A program made the translations under genes and the position numbers. Of a stretch of DNA of 57,670 nt, positions 1 through 10,495 are shown piece by piece; within the stretch, counting starts at the first letter, position 1, and each line of letters starts with the position of its first letter. Source of the DNA: Limisphaerales bacterium (GTDB lineage: Bacteria; Verrucomicrobiota; Verrucomicrobiia; Limisphaerales; UBA11358). The notes beneath the pieces are model-generated. The model was not told the origin of the DNA. It was given only the letters and a program-made list of their open reading frames with translations, and made no database searches. The stretch covers positions 1 to 57,670 of the forward strand of contig JBKQUF010000154.1 of the NCBI GenBank assembly GCA_052140285.1, written 5' to 3'.

Positions 1-220
1 CTACTGCATTGCCGTTGGTCTTCCGCACCGCTTGGTCAACCGAATTCCGCGCTAAAAAAGTGTCAAAAGCGCGATTTTCCAGAGTGTTTATGAATCCGGC
101 GAAATTCCTATTGCATGGTTACGGCTAAGGCGTGGTATTTATCACTGCAATTTAAGGCTCTGGCGTGCGCGCCCAAAATCGCAATTCGTCAAACCGGCGG
201 TTTTGCGGTAAACTTCCCGC

Positions 221-2041
221 GTGAAGCCGTGGATTGAAAGCCCGGTCATCGCCCAACTGCGTCTGTTTTTTCGGCGCCACTGGCAAGGTGCCGTGCAATG
301 GCGCGAGAAACTCGTGCCGCGGGAGGAATTCTTTCACTTTTTCCTCGCCGCCATCGTCGGCGTCATCGGCGGCCTGGTCAACGTTTTCTTCTTTTACGGC
401 GGTGAAATGGTCCAACGCATCTTCCTGATGCAGCCCGAAGACCCGGTCAGCGAGGCGCAATCCTTTGCCCCCTGGCAGCGATTATTGGTCCCGACCGTCG
501 GCGGCCTGATGGCGGGCTTGATTCTGGAATGGGGATTGCGATGGGTGGGACGCCAGGGGACCAGCGACATGCTTGAAGCCGTGGTGGCCGGGGATGGCCG
601 CCTGCCGTTGCGGACCCAGTTGGTGAAAACCGCCTCGGCGCTGGTGAGTATTGTCTCCGGCGCGTCCATCGGGCGGGAAGGCGGCATCGTGCAACTCTCC
701 GCCAGCCTCGCTTCCAAACTCGGCCAGCTCGCCAAGTGGCCGCCATACCGGCTCCGCCTGCTCGTGGGCTGCGGCGCTTCGGCGGGCATCGCCTCGGTCT
801 ATAACGCCCCGATCACCGGCGCCGTTTTCGCGTCGCTCATCGTGCTCGGAAATTTTTCCATGAACCTGTTCGGCCCGCTGGTTTGCGCCTCGGTGATGGC
901 CACGATGACCTCCCGGACCTTCTTCGGCATCGCCCCCTGGTACGAAGTCCCGAAATTTCCCGCCATCACGACCCTTCAGTTGTTATGGTTCGTAGCCGTC
1001 GGCATCGTCTGCGGCATCGTGGCTGCCGCCTTTCTCAAACTGCTCCGTCTTGCCACCGCGCGAATGGAAAAAGTCCGCCTTCCGCTTTACGTCAAGGTCG
1101 CCCTCGCCGGCTTCATCGTGGGGCTGATCGCCATCAAGTACCCCGGCATATGCGGCAACGGCTATTACGTGACCAACAACATCCTCAAAGGCGCTTACGA
1201 TCATTATCCTGACGCGTTGCCGCAATTGGGCAGCCTGTTCCTGTTGAAACTGTTCGCCACGGCCATCGTCGTGGGCGCCGGCACAGTGGGCGGTGTTTTT
1301 ACGCCCACGCTGTTTCTCGGCGCCACGGTCGGCGCGCTGTTCGGCGTGGGAGTTCACGACCTTCACGCCACGGAAAACCTGCCCGTGGGCGCCTTTGCGC
1401 TGGCCGGGATGGGCGCCACCCTCGCCGGCACCACCAAGTCGCCCCTCCTGGCCATCATCCTCGTCTTCGAGATTTCCCTCGATTACTCGGTGATGCCCGC
1501 GTTGATGCTGGCGTGCGTGGTTGCGGTCATCATCACCCGGCAGTTGCACCCCGATTCCATCTACACCGAGCATCTGCGCCACAAAGGGCTGACCCTCGAT
1601 GAAAGCGAACAAACCGGCGCCGCGATGGAACGAACCATCGGGGACCTCATGCGCGAGCCGGTGCCGCCGCTGGGGGAAACGGCGACCCTGCGCGAAATCG
1701 CCGAGCGTTTCCTCGGCTCCTCCAACAATTTTGTCCCCATCCTCGACAAACAAAAACGGCTGGTGGGCATTGTGGCCCTGCACGACTTGAAGGAATTCCT
1801 CAATTCCTCCCAGGACGTCAACGGCATCATCGCCTATGATCTGATGCGTCCGCCGCCCAAGACCCTGACCCCCGGCCAGCGATTGCTCGACGCCCTGCCG
1901 ATTGTGTTGCAGAGCGAACTGCGCAATGTTCCCGTGGTCAATAACCCGGTCGAAAACCGGCTGGTCGGCTCGGTCTCGCGCGCGGAAATTCTGGCAATCT
2001 TCTCCGAGGCCATCGCCGAGAAATCGAAGCCGACGGGCTGA
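221..2041 (+). CDS. ClcB-like CLC chloride channel/antiporter with C-terminal CBS pair
   Basis: Many TM helices; CLC motifs GREGG, YNAPITG and GGVFTP; CBS-like C-terminus; GTG start. Confidence 0.9.
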   Translation: MKPWIESPVIAQLRLFFRRHWQGAVQWREKLVPREEFFHFFLAAIVGVIGGLVNVFFFYGGEMVQRIFLMQPEDPVSEAQSFAPWQRLLVPTVGGLMAGLILEWGLRWVGRQGTSDMLEAVVAGDGRLPLRTQLVKTASALVSIVSGASIGREGGIVQLSASLASKLGQLAKWPPYRLRLLVGCGASAGIASVYNAPITGAVFASLIVLGNFSMNLFGPLVCASVMATMTSRTFFGIAPWYEVPKFPAITTLQLLWFVAVGIVCGIVAAAFLKLLRLATARMEKVRLPLYVKVALAGFIVGLIAIKYPGICGNGYYVTNNILKGAYDHYPDALPQLGSLFLLKLFATAIVVGAGTVGGVFTPTLFLGATVGALFGVGVHDLHATENLPVGAFALAGMGATLAGTTKSPLLAIILVFEISLDYSVMPALMLACVVAVIITRQLHPDSIYTEHLRHKGLTLDESEQTGAAMERTIGDLMREPVPPLGETATLREIAERFLGSSNNFVPILDKQKRLVGIVALHDLKEFLNSSQDVNGIIAYDLMRPPPKTLTPGQRLLDALPIVLQSELRNVPVVNNPVENRLVGSVSRAEILAIFSEAIAEKSKPTG

Positions 2042-2167
2042 AGGAATTCAGTTTATCGACCTTCCCCACCCCGTTGCGGCGAGAGGAAGATACTATCGAG
2101 CACGACCGGAAATTTGAAAGTTCAGAGGTCAATGAGCGAAATTTATTGCTGAAAATAAGAAGGAGCG

Positions 2168-3715
2168 CTAAAGGCTTCCATTGAAAAAGAGCGCCGCCGC
2201 AGAGGCGGGTTCCAGTTCAAGTTGGACCTGGCCGTTCTTGCTGGCCAGATGCTCTTCATGTACTGGTCGCCAGGCGGTCCCGGGCTTGATTTGCGCTCCG
2301 GCAAGCGTTACGTCCGAAGTGGCAGTCAATCCGGGAGCTTGCAACCGCCACAGAGTCGCGGCGCGGGCGGAGGGGATGGAAATTCGCAGCTTTTGTTGGG
2401 CGTGCTTATTGAGCAGAACCAGGCGCGTGACCGCGTCCGGCATCTCCGCCGCCCAGGCGGTGGCGTTAGCCGGGGCCTGATCGAAGCGCGCAGGACGCAT
2501 TCGACCCCCGGCTAGGATTCCAGCCAATCGCATGCCGTAGAAGACCGGCCGGGTGTCAAAGCCATTCTCACGACTGCCGGCGATCGGAGTATAAAAGCTG
2601 CCTTCGGCCGCCACCGCAGCGGCGTCGGGGGCGAGCTTCTCGCCGGGCAGATGTCCGCCGAGGGAACTACGAATGGCATTGGCGCCACCGCCATGAAGAT
2701 TCACTCCGGCACAGCCATAACCGGCCAATTTGAGGAGGTAATCCGCCGCCCAAAGCGCGGAGCAAAAAGCGTTGCTCACCCCGGGCTTGCCGCCCCGGTA
2801 ACAGGAGTTGCCCTCCGTCATTCGATAAGCCAGATGGCTGGCATTGGCCGCGCTGACGATGCGCGGCACATCGCGGTCCAAATTCCGATCGGAGGCGAGC
2901 AACCGCCCAACCGTGGCGCCCGGGCTGTCCGGCGGACCCATCACGTAGTAATGGCCGGTGCAGGCCACGATCCTGCCGGGCAACTGTGGCGGAGCTTCCT
3001 GCGCAAAGCGCGAAACCCACTGCGCATTCGAACCCACGTCCGGCCCGCCAAACCGCGCTTCCGGCACGCGGACGATCACGGCTTGCGCGAAGGTCACCCA
3101 TTGGGCGAGGTATTTGTCAAAATTCCAGTCCGGCGGACGCAAACGGTTGTTGGGGTCGCGGTAATATTCTGGTTCGTTGCCAATCTGAAAATAGAGCAGG
3201 CGCGACCCCAGTTTTTTGGCGACATAGGCCGCTTCCTCCGCGTCGCGTTCGGGCGCGCCGGTCCCAAGGTTCAAACCATAAATGGCTTTCCATCCTGCCG
3301 CCTCAAGGAACTCGGCCAATTGATCAATGGCAACCGGCTCGATCGCCGTGAACGAGTGTGGCATCCAGTTGTCCGCGCGGTGAGCAGACTCCGGCAGCTC
3401 CGGGGGATTGTCGGCCGCACCCGCCTTCCACCAGCAAAACTCGCTGGAATTGCCGCCGAGGCGCAAAACGCCATTCGGACTCAGGGCCTTAAAAAGCGAA
3501 ACCAGTTCCCGGTTGTCGGCGGCAAAAAAGGATGGATCAGCCAGTTGCACCGTTTCATAGCTCAAACCAAGGTAATCACGTGGCATGACCCGGTCCGTCG
3601 GAGTCCCAAAGGAAAGACTGGCCTCCGTCAGGCTCTCCTCCTGCGCCCAAGCGGGGAAACCCGCCAGCGCGCCGGTGGCCAGCGCAGCGGTGGCAAGAAA
3701 TCGCCGCCGATTCAT
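2168..3715 (-). CDS. Tat-exported glycoside hydrolase family 79 (beta-glucuronidase/heparanase-like)
   Basis: Start moved to MNRRRFL (twin-arginine signal ending AWAQ); LRLGGNS, GNEPE (acid/base Glu), MTEGNS (nucleophile Glu), GVSNAFCSALWAADY. Confidence 0.85.
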   Translation of the reverse strand: MNRRRFLATAALATGALAGFPAWAQEESLTEASLSFGTPTDRVMPRDYLGLSYETVQLADPSFFAADNRELVSLFKALSPNGVLRLGGNSSEFCWWKAGAADNPPELPESAHRADNWMPHSFTAIEPVAIDQLAEFLEAAGWKAIYGLNLGTGAPERDAEEAAYVAKKLGSRLLYFQIGNEPEYYRDPNNRLRPPDWNFDKYLAQWVTFAQAVIVRVPEARFGGPDVGSNAQWVSRFAQEAPPQLPGRIVACTGHYYVMGPPDSPGATVGRLLASDRNLDRDVPRIVSAANASHLAYRMTEGNSCYRGGKPGVSNAFCSALWAADYLLKLAGYGCAGVNLHGGGANAIRSSLGGHLPGEKLAPDAAAVAAEGSFYTPIAGSRENGFDTRPVFYGMRLAGILAGGRMRPARFDQAPANATAWAAEMPDAVTRLVLLNKHAQQKLRISIPSARAATLWRLQAPGLTATSDVTLAGAQIKPGTAWRPVHEEHLASKNGQVQLELEPASAAALFFNGSL

Positions 3716-3821
3716 GGGACCATGCCCGCCGTCCAGTCTTGGAGGGATCATAAAGGTAATAACTACAAGCATCCATGCGCCCATGCACGACGCGAGGTAT
3801 GAGGTGGGTTTACTCCTGTTG

Positions 3822-3835
3822 TTGACCGGTGTCAA
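3822..3835. promoter_or_regulatory. TTGAC-N4-GTCAA palindrome between divergent GH79 and rlmD (regulator site or back-to-back -35 elements)
   Basis: TTGACCGGTGTCAA in the divergent intergenic region. Confidence 0.3.
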
Positions 3836-3943
3836 GACTGGGAAGGTGGAAGGGGAAACAACCAACATCACGGCTCTTCCAAGCCTCACCTCACCGACCG
3901 AGAAAAACCTTTTTTACGCAGTGTTTGCCCATTAACTTTCCCC

Positions 3944-5110
3944 GTGCCTCCAAACATCGGAGAAAAAATCTCCCTGACCATCCGCGACATTGCCTTCGGC
4001 GGCGAAGGCGTGGGGAAACTCGACGACCTCGTGGTGTTCGTCCCGTTCGTCCTGGTTGGCGAAACCGTGCAGGCCGAAATCACCGAACTGAAAAAGAATT
4101 TTGCCCGGGCCAGATTGTTGCAGGTGGAGCAGCCGTCGCCGGATCGCGTGGCTCCGCCATGCCGTTATTTCGGCAAATGCGGCGGCTGTCAGTACCAGCA
4201 CATGGATTACCCGGAACAGTTAAAAATCAAGCACAAGCAAATTTCCGACTTGTTCGAGCGCATCGGCAAAATATCCCCGGAGCGGATCGCGCCGGTGATC
4301 CCCTGCCCTTCGCCCTACCACTACCGGAACCGCATCATGATCCGCAGCCAATGGAACAAGCCGGAGCAAAAGTTGAATATCGGTTTTGTGCGCGGGGACT
4401 GCGGGCTGGTGGAAGACATTGAGGAATGCAAGATTTCCGAGCCGGCCCTCAACGAACAAATCCAGCAGGTCCGGAAGAATCCGCCTCCCAAAGGCGGGCT
4501 GAAAGTGGTCCTGCGCGTGCAACCGGAAGGATGGGAGGTGCCGCCCGATTCGTTTTTCCAAAACAATTTTTTTCTCCTGCCCAAACTCGTCGAAACTGTC
4601 CGCGCCTTCCTGCAAGAAGGCGGCGCGAGGCATCTGGCGGACCTTTACTGCGGCGTCGGGTTTTTTGGGATTGAAGCCGCCGACACGGTCGAACGCTTTG
4701 TCGGGATCGAATATGACCAACTGGCGATCCAGGCCGCGCGCCGGAATGCCGCCGCCCGGAAAGTTGCCAACGGCGAATTCATTTCCGCCAAAGTCGAGGA
4801 CGCCCTGCCCGAACTGCTTCGGAAATTATCATCCCAAAAGACCGCCGTGCTCATCGACCCGCCGCGCAAGGGTTGCCAGCCGCAAATTTTGGAACTGCTC
4901 CGGGAATCCCGGCCTTCGCAAGTGATCTATGTTTCCTGCCATCCGGCCACCATCGCGCGCGATTTGAACATTTTATGCGGGGACGGTGTCTTTGAACTGG
5001 AGCGTGTCCAGCCGCTGGATATGTTTCCGCAAACGCAGCATGTGGAATGCGTTGCGGACTTGCGCGCAGGACAAAAACTTGCCAAGCCGCCGAAAATGGT
5101 TTCAACTTAG
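3944..5110 (+). CDS. rlmD: TRAM-domain RNA (uracil-5-)-methyltransferase, RlmD/RumA family
   Basis: N-terminal TRAM (GGEGVG), C-x5-CGGC Fe-S motif, SFFQNN, DLYCGVG, DPPRKG, YVSCHP, DMFPQTQHVE. Confidence 0.88.
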   Translation: MPPNIGEKISLTIRDIAFGGEGVGKLDDLVVFVPFVLVGETVQAEITELKKNFARARLLQVEQPSPDRVAPPCRYFGKCGGCQYQHMDYPEQLKIKHKQISDLFERIGKISPERIAPVIPCPSPYHYRNRIMIRSQWNKPEQKLNIGFVRGDCGLVEDIEECKISEPALNEQIQQVRKNPPPKGGLKVVLRVQPEGWEVPPDSFFQNNFFLLPKLVETVRAFLQEGGARHLADLYCGVGFFGIEAADTVERFVGIEYDQLAIQAARRNAAARKVANGEFISAKVEDALPELLRKLSSQKTAVLIDPPRKGCQPQILELLRESRPSQVIYVSCHPATIARDLNILCGDGVFELERVQPLDMFPQTQHVECVADLRAGQKLAKPPKMVST

Positions 5111-5119
5111 CCAATCCAA

Positions 5120-8044
5120 ATGCCAAGCGAAAAAAGAGCCGACCCCCGGAAGGGGTTCGTCCAACGCCGCCTGCCATGGGTGCTGGCAATCGTGGCATTT
5201 TTTGTTTATTGCCTGACGCTTGAGCATTGGGTGTCCATCTTCAATTCCGCCATCGTCGCGAATCTTTCCGGCTGGGAATGGCGGCCGCAGGTGGTGCAGC
5301 CGCTTGATTTTCTCGTCACCTTTCCGTTCCGATGGCTGCCGGCGGCGGCGATTCCCGCGGCGCTGAATCTGTTCTCGGCCGTCTGCGCGGCGCTGACGCT
5401 GGCCCTGCTGGCGCGGTCAGTGGCGTTGCTGCCACAGGACCGCACCGAACCCCAACGCCGGCGCGAGAAGAGTGATTTCTCTTTTCTAACGACCACTTCC
5501 GCATGGCTGCCTCCCCTTCTGGCGGTGGCGGTCTGCGGGTTGCAGTTTACCTTTTGGGAGCACGCCACCAATTACAGCGGCGAGATGTTCGATCTGCTTC
5601 TCTTCGCCTTTGTCATCTGGTCATTGTTGGAATACCGGCTGGATGAACACGAACCCCGGCTGTTCCTGGCGGCCTTCGTTTATGGCGCGGCAATGGCCGA
5701 GAACTGGGCCATGGTCGGGTTTTTCCCGGTTTACCTCGCGGCCATCATCTGGATTCGAGGCCTGGCCTTTTTCGATTTGCTTTTCATCGTTCGGATGATG
5801 CTCTGCGGTACTGCGGGCTTGTTATTCTTTCTCTTGCTGCCGCTGGCGGCGGTAACTTTCGGCGGGATTCACGTCACGCTCTGGGAGGTTCTGAAGATCA
5901 ACCTAATGGGCGATCATGCAGTCGTAAAAAGCATCATCCGCTGCATTTTCGATCCCGGCCAATACTATCAATACATCGCGCTGGTGTTTGCCTATCTGAT
6001 GCCGGTGCTCGTCATGGCGATACGGTGGAAGGCTTCGTTCGGCGATACCAGTCGTTTCGGCCAGGTCATTACCAGCGCCATTTTACATATCGCCCATGCG
6101 ATATTCCTGGGAGTTTTCATCTGGATGGCGTTTGATCCCCCGTTCAGCCCCCGCACTCTCGGCAGCCCGGAACCGTTGCTGACGTTCTACTATCTGGGCG
6201 CGCTGGCGATTGGCTATTACAGCGGATATTTATTGCTCGTTTGCGGCAAAGAGGAAGTGAGCAGAAAGGGTCGCCCGCCCCTGAACCAACCGTTGAAGTT
6301 TTTGAACAAGCCGACGTTCTTTGGAGTTTACCTGCTGGCCCTGGCCGCCCTGGCGGGACTGGTTCATCAGAATGTGCCGCTGATTCGCGGCGCCAACGAC
6401 AACACCTTGCGCCAGTATGCGAAATTGGTTGAGGAAAAACTTCCGCACACCGGCGGCTTGCTGTTGAGCGACGACCCGGTCCGGCTTTTTCTGGTCCGGT
6501 CCGCCCTGGTCCAGGATGGCCGCGCAAATGAATATGTTCCGCTGGAGACGACGCTCCTGCCGCTGCCGGATTACCACCACTTTTTGCACCGGGAGTTCCC
6601 CCAAAAATGGCACGACTTCGTTCCGCCAACCCTGACCAATTCCATCAGTCCCGTCGGGCTGGTCCAATTGCTGGGGGTCTTGTCCCGGACCAACGATCTC
6701 TATTACTTGAATCCGAGTTTCGGTTACTATTTTGAAAGGTTTTACCTTGAGCCGCACGGGCTGGTTTACCGGATGAAAACCCTGCCGGCGGACACCCTGC
6801 GCCCCCCGCCGCCGGACGCGGGCTTGATTTCTGAAAACCAGGATTTCTGGACGCGCGACGCGGTTCCGGCGATGACCCAGGTCACCAGCACTATCTCGCC
6901 CCCCCCTCCAAACGCCGCTTTGAGCTGGGGTGATTATATCCTGAGTCGCCTCCACATTTCGAGCCAACCCGACCAGGACGCCGCCGTTCGCGCCGGGGTT
7001 TATTATTCACGCAGCCTGAACTTCTGGGCGGTCCAGCTTCAGCGCGCCGGAAAATTGGAATCCGCCGCCACCAATTTTCAAACGGCGCTGTTGCTGAATC
7101 CCGACAATTCCGTGGCCCGGATCAATCTGGATTTTAACCGGCAGCTTCTTTCCCGGGAGCCGGTCACCATTGACCCTTCCCGGGCGAATCCCGATCGCTT
7201 GGGCAAATACCCCACCTTCGTCCAGGCGATGACCGACGGCGGGCCGTTTGACGATCCGGATTTTTGTTTTGTGTACGGAACCGCCCTGGCCCTGCAAAAC
7301 GGGTTGTATCGCCAATCGTTGGCGCAGCTTGAGCGCGTCCGCGAACTGGCCCCTGATTTTTTGCCGGCCCGCCTGACGCTGGCGGGGGATTATCTGATTA
7401 ACCGGCGCCCGGAACTGGCTTTGGACGTTTTGCGCGGGCCGATTGAGGACCCGGAAAAATATGCCGTGGACCAAACCAATGAAATCGAAATTCAAAGCCT
7501 GACGGCGGCCGCTTATTTTCAGGAAACCAACAATGCGCGGGCGATTGAATTGCTGAATACCGAAGTGGCCAGCCACCCGGACGACAACGGCGTGCTGGTG
7601 ACGGCGGCGCGGATTTTTATTGTCCGCGGATTATACCAAAACGCCCTCGGCGTGATTGACCGGCGGCTCAAAACCGACCCCGACAATCCGGCCTGGCTTT
7701 ACAACAAAGGCTATGTCTCCCTTGAATTGAAGAATTATCCGGCCGCCATCGCCGCACTGGATCGCGTCCTCGCAATCCAGACCAACAACGGCGACGCGCT
7801 CTTCAACCGCGCCCTCGCCAATCTCGATAGCGGCCGGCTGGACGCCGCCCGGGCGGACTACCTGCGATTGCAACTGGCCGTGAGCAACGCCCCGGCCATC
7901 ACCTATGGCCTCGGTGAAATTGCCTGGCAAAAAAATGAAACCAACGACGCCGTCCGCTATTACCAACTCTATCTCGCCCGCGCCAATACCAATACGGACG
8001 AGGCCAAAGCCGTGGCCGCGCGGCTAAAAGCATTGAAACCGTAA
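5120..8044 (+). CDS. Polytopic membrane protein, GT-C/DUF2723 (TMEM260-like) N-terminal half plus extracytoplasmic TPR repeats
   Basis: Roughly ten TM segments in the first ~420 aa (LNLFSAVCAALTLALL, FTFWEHAT); C-terminal TPR-like units (AWLYNKG, ALFNRALA, TYGLGEIA); lies with glycosyltransferase genes. Confidence 0.6.
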   Translation: MPSEKRADPRKGFVQRRLPWVLAIVAFFVYCLTLEHWVSIFNSAIVANLSGWEWRPQVVQPLDFLVTFPFRWLPAAAIPAALNLFSAVCAALTLALLARSVALLPQDRTEPQRRREKSDFSFLTTTSAWLPPLLAVAVCGLQFTFWEHATNYSGEMFDLLLFAFVIWSLLEYRLDEHEPRLFLAAFVYGAAMAENWAMVGFFPVYLAAIIWIRGLAFFDLLFIVRMMLCGTAGLLFFLLLPLAAVTFGGIHVTLWEVLKINLMGDHAVVKSIIRCIFDPGQYYQYIALVFAYLMPVLVMAIRWKASFGDTSRFGQVITSAILHIAHAIFLGVFIWMAFDPPFSPRTLGSPEPLLTFYYLGALAIGYYSGYLLLVCGKEEVSRKGRPPLNQPLKFLNKPTFFGVYLLALAALAGLVHQNVPLIRGANDNTLRQYAKLVEEKLPHTGGLLLSDDPVRLFLVRSALVQDGRANEYVPLETTLLPLPDYHHFLHREFPQKWHDFVPPTLTNSISPVGLVQLLGVLSRTNDLYYLNPSFGYYFERFYLEPHGLVYRMKTLPADTLRPPPPDAGLISENQDFWTRDAVPAMTQVTSTISPPPPNAALSWGDYILSRLHISSQPDQDAAVRAGVYYSRSLNFWAVQLQRAGKLESAATNFQTALLLNPDNSVARINLDFNRQLLSREPVTIDPSRANPDRLGKYPTFVQAMTDGGPFDDPDFCFVYGTALALQNGLYRQSLAQLERVRELAPDFLPARLTLAGDYLINRRPELALDVLRGPIEDPEKYAVDQTNEIEIQSLTAAAYFQETNNARAIELLNTEVASHPDDNGVLVTAARIFIVRGLYQNALGVIDRRLKTDPDNPAWLYNKGYVSLELKNYPAAIAALDRVLAIQTNNGDALFNRALANLDSGRLDAARADYLRLQLAVSNAPAITYGLGEIAWQKNETNDAVRYYQLYLARANTNTDEAKAVAARLKALKP

Positions 8045-8092
8045 GTTTCCCGGCTTAATCTCCCTGCGCGGCTTGAATTCGAACAGCAACCC

Positions 8093-9262
8093 ATGCGCGT
8101 CATTCACGTTATTACGCGGCTGATCGTCGGCGGAGCGCAGGAAAATACCGTCGCCACCGTCCTGGGCTTGCGCGAAAAACCCGGGATGGAAGTTCAACTG
8201 GTCTCCGGCCCGACCGCCGGACCGGAAGGCTCCCTTGAACCTGAATTAAAAAAAATCCCCGGCCTGCTCCAAATTGTCCCCGGGCTGGTCCGGGTGATTC
8301 ATCCGCCGGAGGATTTCCGCGCTTTGCAAAAGCTGGAAAAAATTTTTCGCGAACAAAAGCCGGACGTCGTCCACACCCACAGCGGCAAGGCGGGAATTCT
8401 CGGCCGCCTGGCCGCCCGGCGAGCCGGGGTTCCGATCATTGTTCATACGATCCATGGTCCTTCCTTTGGAAATTTTCAGAATGGCTTGAGCAATTATATC
8501 TTTCGCCTCGCGGAACGCCGGGCCGGACGCCTCACGACGCACTTTGTCGTCGTTGCCGACGCGATGAGGGAACAGTATCTGGCCGCCGGTATCGGCCGGC
8601 CGGAGCAATACACGAAAATCCTTAGCGGCTTCGCTCTGGCCCCATTCCTCGCCGCCCAAAATGATTCCGGGTTCCGAAAACAACTGGGCCTGGAGCCGGA
8701 AGATTTTGTCATCGGCAAAATCGCGCGGTTGTTCAAATTGAAAGGCCACGACGACTTGTTCGCCATCGCCCCGGAACTGGTCCGGCAAAACCCAAAAATC
8801 AAATTTCTCCTCGTGGGAGATGGCGAGTGGCGCGGGCGGTTCGAGGCGCTGGCCCGAAGCAAGGGAGTGGAAAAGCATTTCGTTTTTGCCGGCCTGATTC
8901 CGCCGGACCAGGTCCCGAAATATGTCGGCGTGATGGATGCCCTGGTCCATTTGTCCCTGCGCGAAGGTCTGCCCCGGGCCTTGCCCCAGGCGCTCGCCGC
9001 GGCTAAACCGGTGGTGGCGTATGATTGCGACGGCGCGCGGGAAATTTGTTTCGAGGGCCGGACTGGCTTTTTAGTGCCGGTGGGCGGCTTGCCGCTGTTG
9101 AAAAACCGGTTGCTTCAACTGGCGGGAGACGCGGCATTATGCGAAAAATTCGGCGGCGCCGGCCGTGATTTTGTCCGGGAAAACTTTTCCGTCGAAAAAA
9201 TGGTGGACTCCATTTACCATCTTTACGGGAAACTTGCCGCGGGAAGCGGCATCGCGCCGTGA
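8093..9262 (+). CDS. Glycosyltransferase family 4 (GT-B fold)
   Basis: ITRLIVGGAQ, PDVVHTHSGKAG, KLKGH, EGLPRALPQA. Confidence 0.9.
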   Translation: MRVIHVITRLIVGGAQENTVATVLGLREKPGMEVQLVSGPTAGPEGSLEPELKKIPGLLQIVPGLVRVIHPPEDFRALQKLEKIFREQKPDVVHTHSGKAGILGRLAARRAGVPIIVHTIHGPSFGNFQNGLSNYIFRLAERRAGRLTTHFVVVADAMREQYLAAGIGRPEQYTKILSGFALAPFLAAQNDSGFRKQLGLEPEDFVIGKIARLFKLKGHDDLFAIAPELVRQNPKIKFLLVGDGEWRGRFEALARSKGVEKHFVFAGLIPPDQVPKYVGVMDALVHLSLREGLPRALPQALAAAKPVVAYDCDGAREICFEGRTGFLVPVGGLPLLKNRLLQLAGDAALCEKFGGAGRDFVRENFSVEKMVDSIYHLYGKLAAGSGIAP

Positions 9263-10233
9263 CTTTTCCATTCAACCTTTTCCTGGCGGCTTTTGCCTGC
9301 GCCTTCAGCGCCTCGCTGCTCGCGCTGCCGCTCTGGCGCAAATGGGCGTGGCGCATGAATCTCGTTGACGACCCGGGACAACGGAAAATCCACGACCAGC
9401 CCGTCCCGCTCGCCGGCGGATTCGCCGTGCTGACCGGGATTCTGGTCCCGCTGATCCTCGGCGCCGTGGTCGTCCGTTTTGGAATCGTAAAAATCTCCTC
9501 CCATTCGCTGCTCCTTTACGGATTGGAACGGCGCGGGGTCGAACTGGCGGCGATTGCGGGCGGCGCGATTGCCATCACCGTCATCGGCTGGCTGGACGAC
9601 AAATATGAATTGAAGCCCTTGCCGAAATTCATCGGCCAATTTCTGGTCGCCCTGCTCATCGCCACCGCCTGCAAACGGATCACCCTCTTCGTCCATAACG
9701 AAATGTTCAGCTATGCCATCACCGTGCTCTGGCTGTTGACGGTCATTAACGCCTTCAATTTCATGGACAACATGAACGGGCTGTGCGCGGGTATCGGCGC
9801 GATCGGCGCTTTCTTTTTTGGCCTGATCTCCGGCGCCGACGGCGAATACCTGGTGGCCACCACTGAATTTTTGATCTGCGGCGCGTTGCTGGGCTTTTTG
9901 CCATGGAATTTTCCCAAGGCCCGCGCCTTTCTCGGCGACGCCGGGAGCCATCTGGTGGGATACCTCCTGGCCGTCATGGCCATCCTGCCCCATTTTTATT
10001 CAAGGCAAAATCCGCATCCGCTGGCGGTCCTTTCGCCGTTGCTGGTGCTGGCCATTCCGCTGGCCGACCTGGCGCAGGTGGTCGTCAAACGGACCCTCAA
10101 CGGCAAACCATTCTGGATTGGCGACACCAACCACATTTCCCACTGGCTGGCACGCCACGGATTGAACCGCACCCAGGCGGTGCTGTTGATCTGGCTCGTC
10201 GCGGTGATGATCGGCACGCTCGCCTGCCTCTGA
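9259..10233 (+). CDS. Polyprenyl-phosphate HexNAc-1-phosphate transferase (WecA/TagO, MraY family)
   Basis: DDPGQRKIH..PLAGG, GWLDD, NAFNFMD, FLGDAGS, DTNHISH; GTGA overlap with the GT4 gene. Confidence 0.88.
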   Translation: MTFPFNLFLAAFACAFSASLLALPLWRKWAWRMNLVDDPGQRKIHDQPVPLAGGFAVLTGILVPLILGAVVVRFGIVKISSHSLLLYGLERRGVELAAIAGGAIAITVIGWLDDKYELKPLPKFIGQFLVALLIATACKRITLFVHNEMFSYAITVLWLLTVINAFNFMDNMNGLCAGIGAIGAFFFGLISGADGEYLVATTEFLICGALLGFLPWNFPKARAFLGDAGSHLVGYLLAVMAILPHFYSRQNPHPLAVLSPLLVLAIPLADLAQVVVKRTLNGKPFWIGDTNHISHWLARHGLNRTQAVLLIWLVAVMIGTLACL

Positions 10234-10250
10234 ATTGGCGTCCATTCGCG

Positions 10251-10430
10251 GGGAGCGCGGGCGCTTGCCGGGCCGAAGTTTCAACGAAGGCTGGTCCCGC
10301 CCGCTGTTTTCGGCGTCTAGCCGAAAACCTCTTCCCCTATTCCAAATCCATGTCCATCCGTGCCCGCCCGCCGTAGCCTCGGCGCAGGCGGGTCCATCCG
10401 TGGTTAAAACATTTTCGCGTCTTTGCATTC
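10251..10430 (+). repeat. Mosaic of REP-like hairpins and short repeats
   Basis: GGGAGCGCGGGCG...CGCCCGC followed by GTTTTCGGC..GCCGAAAAC hairpin; TCCATCCGTG direct repeats; nested CCGCCGTAGCCTCGGCGCAGGCGG at 10368-10391. Confidence 0.7.
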
Positions 10431-10495
10431 AACCTGTTGGTCGCTGTCCCTCGCCACTTCAATGTTTCTTTGGGCCTTGGATTTTGGATGTTCTC

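Noticed and set aside
1-220. Fluoride riboswitch upstream of the CLC gene
   Set aside because: No GGCGATGG..TTCGCC / CTGATG pattern seen.
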